From NCBI GenBank assembly GCA_041666265.1, contig JBAYHH010000003.1, positions 2,020 to 66,019 on the forward strand: a stretch of 64,000 bases of DNA, read 5' to 3'. The notes below the pieces were generated by a model. It worked only from the letters and a program-made list of their open reading frames with translations, did not search any database and had not been told where the DNA came from. Below are positions 37,058 to 45,206 of the stretch, in pieces; the stretch's first letter is position 1; every line of letters starts with the position of its first letter. Source of the stretch: Candidatus Magasanikiibacteriota bacterium. GTDB lineage: Bacteria > Patescibacteriota > Patescibacteriia > Magasanikbacterales > GWA2-37-8. The translations under genes and the position numbers were made by a program.

Positions 37058-38368
37058 ATGTCACTAAACGAAAAAATTATTCAGGGCATAAATGAAGAAT
37101 ATCAGAAAATGTTTCCGGTAAAAAAATTTGTTCCGGGAGTTTCGGCCGTGCCGGTTTCCGGAAAAGTATTTGATGAGCGCGAAATTCTGAACGGTGTAGA
37201 AGCGATTCTGGATGGTTGGTGGACCGAAGGTAGATTTAGTGATCAGTTTGAGAGTAAATTAGCGCGTTGGCTTGGGGTTAAAAATGTTACCTTAGTAAAT
37301 TCTGGGTCTTCCGCCAATCTCATTGCTGTATCGGCACTAACCTCCAAAAAATTAGGAGATAGATGTTTGCGACCGGGAGATGAAGTGATTACTGTTGCCG
37401 CTGCTTTTCCCAGCACTGTGAATCCGATTATTCAAAATGGCCTTGTTCCAGTATTTGTTGATGTTGAGCTCGGCCATTATAATGCCTCTATGGACGAAGT
37501 TAGGAAAGCCATCTCCCCCAAGACGAAAGCGATATTTATTGCCCACACTCTCGGTAATCCTTTTGATCTGGATAGTATGGTGCAATTTTGCAAAGAGCAT
37601 CATTTGTGGCTGATTGAAGATAATTGCGATGCCCTTGGGGCGATGTATGGAGATAAGAAAACCGGTACATTTGGTCATATCGCGACCTGCAGTTTTTACC
37701 CCGCGCACCACATAACTTTAGGTGAGGGTGGGGCAGTGTTCACTAGCGACGATGTCTTGGCGCGTATTATTCGTTCTGTGCGCGATTGGGGCAGAGACTG
37801 CCATTGTAAGACCGGTCAAGACAATACTTGTGGTATGCGCTTTGGTTGGCAATTAGGTAAATTACCGTTTGGTTATGACCATAAATATGTTTACTCCGAA
37901 ATCGGCTATAACCTTAAGTTAACAGATATGCAGGCGGCTATCGGTTTGGCTCAGTTAGATAAGCTGGATAATTTTGTCGCTAAACGGCGAAATAATTTTG
38001 ATACACTTTACAATGGTCTAACGAAGTTTGAAAAATATTTTATCTTACCAAAGCATCAGGATAAGGCGAAGCCAAGCTGGTTTGGTTTTCTGTTAACCGT
38101 AAAACCAGACGCCCCGTTTACCAGAGAAGAAATCATCACTCATTTACAGAATGAGCAGGTTGCTACCAGGTATTTATTTGGAGGTAATTTATTGAAACAG
38201 CCGTATTTTGTTGATAACGAGATTAATTATCGAGTAATTGGCGATTTACCAAACACTGATCTTATTATGAATAATACTTTTTGGGTCGGAGTATATCCTG
38301 GTATTACTACGGAGATGGCCGAATATATAGTTTCTTCCATTCAATCATTTTGTCAGAAATATGCCTAA
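37058..38368 (+). CDS. rfbH: CDP-4-keto-6-deoxyglucose 3-dehydratase (E1, DdhC/RfbH)
   Basis: SFYPAHHIT (His in place of Lys), RDWGRDC.C..G.DNTC Fe-S motif, GYDHKY.YS. Confidence 0.95.
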   Translation: MSLNEKIIQGINEEYQKMFPVKKFVPGVSAVPVSGKVFDEREILNGVEAILDGWWTEGRFSDQFESKLARWLGVKNVTLVNSGSSANLIAVSALTSKKLGDRCLRPGDEVITVAAAFPSTVNPIIQNGLVPVFVDVELGHYNASMDEVRKAISPKTKAIFIAHTLGNPFDLDSMVQFCKEHHLWLIEDNCDALGAMYGDKKTGTFGHIATCSFYPAHHITLGEGGAVFTSDDVLARIIRSVRDWGRDCHCKTGQDNTCGMRFGWQLGKLPFGYDHKYVYSEIGYNLKLTDMQAAIGLAQLDKLDNFVAKRRNNFDTLYNGLTKFEKYFILPKHQDKAKPSWFGFLLTVKPDAPFTREEIITHLQNEQVATRYLFGGNLLKQPYFVDNEINYRVIGDLPNTDLIMNNTFWVGVYPGITTEMAEYIVSSIQSFCQKYA

Positions 38369-39245
38369 AACATTATTGCTTACCGGTGGAACTGGATTTT
38401 TAGGGAGCAATTTATTAAAAAAATTATTATCAGAAAATTATCGAATTGTTTTGGCAAAGCGATCCTTTTCTAATATTTGGCGTATTAGCGATAACATATC
38501 GAAAGTTAAATTTTATGATATTGATAGGCAGGATTTATCGGTAATATTTGATGAGCAAAAGATCGATGTAATATTACATTGTGCCACTGATTATGGAAGG
38601 AAACAAGTAAACCCACTTCAGATTATTGAGGCCAATTTGATTCTACCTCTAAAATTATTACAGTTGGGAAAAGAGCGGGGAGTAAAGTATTTTATCAATA
38701 CTGATACGGTTTTGGATAAGCGTGTTAATGATTACACATTATCCAAGAAGCAATTCATAGATTGGCTTGGTACATACAAACACGATTTGGTTTGTATTAA
38801 TATGGCCTTAGAACATTTTTTTGGGCCAGGTGATGATAAGACAAAATTTGTGTCGTTTATTTTGGACAATCTATATAACAATGTCGACAAAATTGATCTC
38901 ACTAAAGGCGAACAGAAAAGAGACTTTGTTTATATCGACGATGTGGTCAGCGCTTTTATGGTGGTCATAAACAATCTCGACAAATGGCGGCACGGTTTTT
39001 TTCATTATGAGGTTGGCACCAATCAACTAACCTCAATTAAAGAGTTTGTGGGCAAGATTAAAGCAATTATTGGTAATGGTAAAACCTTATTAAATTTTGG
39101 CGCTCTTCCATACCGAGAGGGCGAGGTGATGACTTCGAGCGCTGATACAACAGCTATTCATCTATTGGGTTGGTCACCGCGATACGATGTTGATTCTGGG
39201 TTACGCGAAACAATCGCTATGGAAAATAAATTGAGAAATATTTAA
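38361..39245 (+). CDS. CDP-paratose/abequose synthase (3,6-dideoxyhexose 4-reductase)
   Basis: TGGTGFLG, HCAT.YG, FINTDT, YTLSKK, LEHFFGPGD, GEQKRDF. Confidence 0.82.
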   Translation: MPKTLLLTGGTGFLGSNLLKKLLSENYRIVLAKRSFSNIWRISDNISKVKFYDIDRQDLSVIFDEQKIDVILHCATDYGRKQVNPLQIIEANLILPLKLLQLGKERGVKYFINTDTVLDKRVNDYTLSKKQFIDWLGTYKHDLVCINMALEHFFGPGDDKTKFVSFILDNLYNNVDKIDLTKGEQKRDFVYIDDVVSAFMVVINNLDKWRHGFFHYEVGTNQLTSIKEFVGKIKAIIGNGKTLLNFGALPYREGEVMTSSADTTAIHLLGWSPRYDVDSGLRETIAMENKLRNI

Positions 39246-39260
39246 TATGAAATATTTAAT

Positions 39261-40277
39261 ATGAAATATTTAATCACCGGTGGTTGTGGTTTCCTTGGGT
39301 CAAATTTGGCGCAACAAGTCATAAACAGGGGAGAGGAACTAATAATTTTAGATAATTTATCTCGTTTTGGTTCCGAAGAAAATTTATTATGGTTGCGGAG
39401 TTTGGGTCAATTCAAATTTATAAAGGCAGACATTAGAAATGTTGGCGATGTTGAGCGGATAATTAAAGACGAAAAACCGGATGTAGTATTTCATTTGGCT
39501 GGTCAGGTGGCCATGACCAATTCAATTGCAGATCCCAGAAAAGACTTTGAAACAAATGCCGGTGGCACTTTTAATTTATTAGATTCTGTCAGAAAATTTT
39601 CACCAGATTCGATTGTGATATACTCCTCGACCAATAAAGTTTATGGTGATTTGGAGCGGTTAGAATATTTGGAAACAAACAAACGCTACATCACACCCCA
39701 ATATCCCAATGGCTTACCGGAGTCTACTCCGCTCAGTTTTTCTTCGCCCTACGGATGTTCAAAAGGTTCCGCGGACCAGTATATGTTAGATTTTCACCGT
39801 GTTTACGGTTTAAGGACAATAGTATTTCGGCATTCCTCCATGTATGGTGGTAGGCAATTTCCAACTTATGATCAAGGCTGGATTGGTTGGTTTTGCGAAC
39901 AGGCTTTAAAAACAAAGCAGGGGAGTTTGTCAGAGTCGTTCACTATATCTGGTAATGGTAAGCAGGTGAGAGATGTTTTGCACGCCGAGGATATGGTTAA
40001 TTTGTATTTTTTGGCGGCAGAAAAAGCCGAATCTATTACCGGTGAAGTTTTTAATATCGGCGGCGGCGCGCAGAATAGCCTATCTTTATTGGAGCTTTTT
40101 GACATTTTAGAAGATGAATTAATAGTAAAATTAAGTTACCGACAGTTACCACATAGAGAAAGCGATCAAAAAGTCTTTATAGCCGATATCAATAAAGCCG
40201 GTAGATTAATTGGCTGGCAGCCAAAGGTAAACGCTCGACAAGGGATACAAAAAATGATAGAATGGATCAATCAATAA
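39261..40277 (+). CDS. rfbE: CDP-paratose 2-epimerase (tyvelose synthase)
   Basis: [48 protein letters not shown]. Confidence 0.92.
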   Translation: MKYLITGGCGFLGSNLAQQVINRGEELIILDNLSRFGSEENLLWLRSLGQFKFIKADIRNVGDVERIIKDEKPDVVFHLAGQVAMTNSIADPRKDFETNAGGTFNLLDSVRKFSPDSIVIYSSTNKVYGDLERLEYLETNKRYITPQYPNGLPESTPLSFSSPYGCSKGSADQYMLDFHRVYGLRTIVFRHSSMYGGRQFPTYDQGWIGWFCEQALKTKQGSLSESFTISGNGKQVRDVLHAEDMVNLYFLAAEKAESITGEVFNIGGGAQNSLSLLELFDILEDELIVKLSYRQLPHRESDQKVFIADINKAGRLIGWQPKVNARQGIQKMIEWINQ

Positions 40278-40288
40278 GAATGAAATTT

Positions 40289-40984
40289 ATGGAAAATAAA
40301 GAATTGAGCATCATAATCCCGGCGTATTTAGAAGAAGAAAACCTTAGAATAATTCTGCCGCGTCTTAATGCTATTCTTCAAGAAATTGGTGATAATTGCG
40401 AAATTCTGGTGGTGGATACTATGGAAAAGATGGATAATACCAAAATGGTTTGCGAAGAATATGGGGCTACTTATATCAACAGGATAGGCGGTAATGATTA
40501 CGGAGACGCCATCAGAACCGGTATCAGCCGTGCCAGCGGGCAATATACAATTTTTATGGACGCAGACGGGTCTCATGACCCAGAATTTATAAAGAATTTG
40601 TACAATATCAAAGATAATTACGATGTAGTGATAGCGTCAAGATATATAGCCGGTGGGAATACTGATAATAGTAAATTGTTGATACTAATGAGTTTGGTTG
40701 TCAATGTTGCTTATTCTTTAATATTAAATATTAAGTGCAAGGATATCTCTAATAGTTTTAAATTATATAAGACGGATGATTTAAGAGATTTAAGGTTGAT
40801 GTGCAATAATTTTGATATTGTCGAAGAAATTTTGTTTAAATTGAAAAAGAAAAAGCACAATCTGCGCATAAAAGAATTGCCATTTCTTTTCAAAAAGAGA
40901 ATATTCGGTCATACTAAGAGAAATTTATTTGTGTTTATGCTTTCTTATATCGTCACAATAGTTAAGTTAAGATTTTCTAAGTAA
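40289..40984 (+). CDS. GT2 polyprenol-phosphate glycosyltransferase (DPM1-like)
   Basis: IIPAYLEEENL, MDADGSH.P, ASRY..GG. Confidence 0.85.
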   Translation: MENKELSIIIPAYLEEENLRIILPRLNAILQEIGDNCEILVVDTMEKMDNTKMVCEEYGATYINRIGGNDYGDAIRTGISRASGQYTIFMDADGSHDPEFIKNLYNIKDNYDVVIASRYIAGGNTDNSKLLILMSLVVNVAYSLILNIKCKDISNSFKLYKTDDLRDLRLMCNNFDIVEEILFKLKKKKHNLRIKELPFLFKKRIFGHTKRNLFVFMLSYIVTIVKLRFSK

Positions 40985-41000
40985 TTTTTGTGTTAAAAAT

Positions 41001-42257
41001 ATGAACAGTGGGATAATAGAAATTTTACAAAAATTAACTAAGCCAATTTTTTTGTTATATGCCATTATCGCTACTTTCTCCGTAGCCAATTTTCCGGCTG
41101 TAAAATTTGCTCAATTTTTTGGAATTAGCCAAGATGACTCTATAATATTGCGTGGTTTTATTTTTTTTATTGCCATTATAATATTATTTTATTTTTCCTT
41201 CAAAAATATTAACAGTCTAAAATCTTATCTATCACGAGATGTCTTTTTTCGTTCAGCCATAATATTTTTAGCATTATCGGCGCTGGTCTCTACTTTGCGC
41301 GTCATGTTTATGGGCGATGTTTATGCGCACATTGCCATATCACCATTTGGCCAAGATACCGGATTTTTTTATCGTAGGATTTTAGAGCCAGCCTTAGCGT
41401 ATTTTTTGCAGTTTAAGGGTCCATTTTTATATACTATTTTGCATTTTCTAATAACATACTCATGTATTTACATGATTATCTTATGGCTTGAAAAAAAGCT
41501 ATTGGTGAAGTTAAAAATTTGGCAACTGGTAAGTATTATGACCGCCGGCATGATGATTATGCAGTTTCAATCTCCGGGATATCCAGATCAGATAATATTG
41601 CTGTTATGTTTGTTGTCAATGTTTATTCCAATGGATAAATACAGCAGAATAAGCTTGCTGTCATTAATGTTTTTGTCTCACGAATCCGCTGCATTATTTT
41701 TGGGATTTGTTTTCATTTGGTTTTATTTTCCCAAGGAAGAGCGAAAATTTTACGTGCCGATAGTCGCGTTTAATTATTTTTTATGGCTGGCCAATTATAA
41801 TTTTAGTTTTGTGGGATTATTTTTAGGTCATTTGACGCTGGGCAACGACAATGCGCTGGGTATTCTTTTAAAAAATATAAAATTGGCGATATTGTCCGTA
41901 TTTTTTGCCTACAAATTTTTATGGCTATTTGTTTTATCCGGCCTATATTATTGTATAAAAAATAAAGACAATAAATTATTTTGGCAGATAGCTGTCATGG
42001 TTTTTGCGCCTTTAATATTGGTTGTCGTTCCGGATACTTCGCGTGTTGTGGCTTGGGGCTATGTTGGTGTTTTTTTAGCTATTACTTATTCTTACAAGTA
42101 TCTGCGCAGCCGAGCGTTTAATCTGATTTTGACAGTCAACCTACTATTGCCCAGTGTAGCAGTCGGAATAAGTACTGGCGGCGCCGTTTCTTATCCCGGT
42201 TTATATGGTTTAGTCATTCATTTATTTAAGTTATTTGTTAAAAATTACCTAATGTAA
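41001..42257 (+). CDS. polytopic membrane protein, putative GT-C glycosyltransferase
   Basis: About 10 hydrophobic segments; YRRIL.P, PD and HE motifs; follows a DPM1-like GT2. Confidence 0.55.
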   Translation: MNSGIIEILQKLTKPIFLLYAIIATFSVANFPAVKFAQFFGISQDDSIILRGFIFFIAIIILFYFSFKNINSLKSYLSRDVFFRSAIIFLALSALVSTLRVMFMGDVYAHIAISPFGQDTGFFYRRILEPALAYFLQFKGPFLYTILHFLITYSCIYMIILWLEKKLLVKLKIWQLVSIMTAGMMIMQFQSPGYPDQIILLLCLLSMFIPMDKYSRISLLSLMFLSHESAALFLGFVFIWFYFPKEERKFYVPIVAFNYFLWLANYNFSFVGLFLGHLTLGNDNALGILLKNIKLAILSVFFAYKFLWLFVLSGLYYCIKNKDNKLFWQIAVMVFAPLILVVVPDTSRVVAWGYVGVFLAITYSYKYLRSRAFNLILTVNLLLPSVAVGISTGGAVSYPGLYGLVIHLFKLFVKNYLM

Positions 42258-42273
42258 AGTTAAATGATCTGGT

Positions 42274-44241
42274 ATGGTGAACAAAAGAAATGTTTATTTG
42301 TGTCAGGTAGGCAATAAGTACGGAGATAATGTTTTTTTACCGTATTCTACAGGTGTGATTATTAGTTATTGTCTTTCTATCGAACAAATAAAGGAAAATT
42401 TTGAATTTAAAGATAATTTGTTTCTAAAAGAAAATATTGAAGATGTGATAAAAAGGTTGGACAATCCGGCAGTTTTTGGTTTTTCTTCCTATATCTGGAA
42501 TTTTGAATATAATAAAAGTTTAGCCAAGCAAATAAAGACTAAATTTCCCGAATGCCTAATTGTATTTGGTGGCCATCATGTTCCATTTTTTTCGGAAGGT
42601 TTTTTTGTCGACCATGAATATATAGACATCTTGGTTCATGGCGATGGGGAATTTATTTTTTCGGAGATTTTATTAGAATTATTGTCGCCAAAACCGGATT
42701 TTACTAAAGTCAAAAATATTAGCATTAATGTTGGTGGAAAAACTTTAAAAATGGAGATGGATCGGTATAAGATAGATATTAATCAAATTCCTTCCCCATA
42801 TCTTAATGGAGTTTTTGATGAAATAATTAAGTTGCCATATTCTTTTACCGCCAGCATAGAGACTAATCGCGGCTGTCCTTATGGATGTGCGTATTGCGAT
42901 TGGGGATCACCATTAACAAGTTGCAAAAGTATCATCCCTTTTGACAAAGAAAGGGTGGACAATGAAATTGAATGGTTTGGTAAGAATAAAATAGAATATG
43001 TTATGGGTTGTGATTCTAATTTTGGAATATTGCCCAGAGACAATAAATTTATAGACAAATTCATTGAAGTCAAAAATCAATATGGTTTTCCGCGTAAATT
43101 TAGAGTAGCTTATGCCAAAAATAGTAATCAGGCAATTTTTGAAATGAACAGAAAGCTCAATGAAAGTAAGATGTGCAAGGGGGTAACACTGTCATTCCAG
43201 AGTTTGTATAATGAAACTCTGAAAGCAATCGGCAGAATTAATTTGCGCTTAGAGAATTTCAAAGAACTTTTACAGCAGTATAACAATGAAGGCATACCCA
43301 CTTATACCGAAATAATATTAGGTTTGCCCAACGAAACCTATGATACTTTTTGTGAAGGTCTAAATATTCTATTGGAAAACGGACAGCATAGCTCCATTAA
43401 TGTTTATAATTGCGAGGTTTTTCCCAACTCGATGATGGGCGATACTAAATACAAGGAGTTTTACGGCATCAAATCGGTCCGTATTCCAGTTGTTTTGTCT
43501 CATTCTTTGCCAGATATCAACGAAATTCGCGAGTATGATGAAATAGTGATTGGAACCAACACCATGTCGATTGACGAGTGGAAAGAATCTTGTATTTTTT
43601 CTTGGGCCATCCAATGTTTTCATTGTTTGGGTCTGACACAGTATATATCTATTTTTGCCCGCAATGAACATAATATTACCTACTCACAATTTTACAGGGA
43701 TTTAATTGATTATGGCAGGAATAACCAGGGCTCTATAATTGGTCGCGAATTGAGTGTTGTATCTAAAATTATAGATGGTGTTATCGGTGGTAATAGTTGG
43801 GAATTTGTAATTGATAAATTTGGGGAAATAAGTTGGACTATCGAAGAAGGATCTTTTCTGAACATTGTTGTGGGTAAAAAAGAATTTTATGATGAATTAA
43901 AAGAGTATTTATTATCATATCTAGATAAGGACGAATCTGGCAAAATTTTAGATTTGATAAATTATTCATCCCAAATGGTGATTGATCCTTTTTGCAAACA
44001 AATTATGGAATTGGATTTGAGTTATGATTTTAATCGGTATTTTAACGAGTTTTATAGGGGTACCGATAAGCCGGTGTTAACAAGTCGCAAGAATAAGCTT
44101 ATTTTTTCAGGGATTGAAGAATTTGGCGGAGATTTACCCGGTTATGCTAGAGAAATTATTTGGTACGGTAGAAAAGGCGGAAGATTCTTCCATGGTCAAA
44201 ATAAGATTAGCACCAAATATAGTGATCAATCACCAAATTAA
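42274..44241 (+). CDS. cobalamin-dependent radical SAM enzyme
   Basis: N-terminal B12-binding-like domain (FSSYIWN, FGG, GDGE); ETNRGCPYGCAYCDWG. Confidence 0.88.
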   Translation: MVNKRNVYLCQVGNKYGDNVFLPYSTGVIISYCLSIEQIKENFEFKDNLFLKENIEDVIKRLDNPAVFGFSSYIWNFEYNKSLAKQIKTKFPECLIVFGGHHVPFFSEGFFVDHEYIDILVHGDGEFIFSEILLELLSPKPDFTKVKNISINVGGKTLKMEMDRYKIDINQIPSPYLNGVFDEIIKLPYSFTASIETNRGCPYGCAYCDWGSPLTSCKSIIPFDKERVDNEIEWFGKNKIEYVMGCDSNFGILPRDNKFIDKFIEVKNQYGFPRKFRVAYAKNSNQAIFEMNRKLNESKMCKGVTLSFQSLYNETLKAIGRINLRLENFKELLQQYNNEGIPTYTEIILGLPNETYDTFCEGLNILLENGQHSSINVYNCEVFPNSMMGDTKYKEFYGIKSVRIPVVLSHSLPDINEIREYDEIVIGTNTMSIDEWKESCIFSWAIQCFHCLGLTQYISIFARNEHNITYSQFYRDLIDYGRNNQGSIIGRELSVVSKIIDGVIGGNSWEFVIDKFGEISWTIEEGSFLNIVVGKKEFYDELKEYLLSYLDKDESGKILDLINYSSQMVIDPFCKQIMELDLSYDFNRYFNEFYRGTDKPVLTSRKNKLIFSGIEEFGGDLPGYAREIIWYGRKGGRFFHGQNKISTKYSDQSPN

Positions 44242-44252
44242 TATCTAATCTC

Positions 44253-45197
44253 ATGAATATGGAAAAGAAGAAAATTGATATACTTGTACCGTGTTATAAC
44301 GAAGTGCAGAATATTGGCGAGTTATACCTAGAAGTTAAAAAAGTGATAGGTAATTTTGTTAATTATCACTTTGAGTTTTTGTTTATAGATAACGCCTCAA
44401 CCGATGGCACCGATATTTTATTAAGGAAGATGGCGTCAGAGGATAAGCAAATTAAAGTTATATTAAACAGCCGTAATTTTGGCTGTATCAGATCACCTTA
44501 TTATGGTTTGTTACAAACCAACGCCGATGCCGTGATTATGATGGCGGCCGATTTTCAAGAGCCGCCAGAACTTATTCCTGAATTTATAAAAAGATGGGAG
44601 GAAGGAAGTCAGATGGTGATTGGTATAAAAAATAAAAGCAAGGAAAGTAAATTGATGTTTTTTCTCCGTCAGGTGTATTATTTTTTGATAAAAAAATTCT
44701 CCGAAGTAGAGCAGGTTTCCAATTTTACCAATTTCGGCCTGTATGACAAATCGTTTATAGATATTTTGCGAAATTTAGAGGAGTATTCTCCTTATTTTAG
44801 AGGATTGGTATGCGAGTTTGGTCTTAAGCGCTCCGAGGTATTTTATGTTCAGCCAGTTAGAAAACACGGTAAAAGCAGTAATAATTTTTATACTCTCTAT
44901 GATATGGCCATGAATGGTTTTGTAAATCATTCAAAATTACCTTTGCGTTTGGCAAGTTTAATCGGTTTTTTGTGTTCTTTTGTCAGTTTGTTGGTTGCGA
45001 TTGTGTATTTTTTTTACAAATTGCTATTTTGGAATGAATTTCAACTCGGTCTAGCCCCACTGGTAATTGGCATATTCTTTTTTTCCGCGGTTCAGTTATT
45101 TTTTATTGGTATTGTTGGTGAATATGTCGGAGCCATTTATACGCAAGTTAAAAAGCGCCCTTTGGTGACAGAAAGAGAGAGAATAAATTTTAATTAG
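44253..45197 (+). CDS. GtrB-like GT2 (undecaprenyl-phosphate glycosyltransferase)
   Basis: VPCYNE, DNASTDGT, SRNFG, ADFQEPPE, two C-terminal TMs, GEYVG.IY..VK.RP. Confidence 0.9.
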   Translation: MNMEKKKIDILVPCYNEVQNIGELYLEVKKVIGNFVNYHFEFLFIDNASTDGTDILLRKMASEDKQIKVILNSRNFGCIRSPYYGLLQTNADAVIMMAADFQEPPELIPEFIKRWEEGSQMVIGIKNKSKESKLMFFLRQVYYFLIKKFSEVEQVSNFTNFGLYDKSFIDILRNLEEYSPYFRGLVCEFGLKRSEVFYVQPVRKHGKSSNNFYTLYDMAMNGFVNHSKLPLRLASLIGFLCSFVSLLVAIVYFFYKLLFWNEFQLGLAPLVIGIFFFSAVQLFFIGIVGEYVGAIYTQVKKRPLVTERERINFN

Positions 45198-45206
45198 AGA
45201 TAATGT

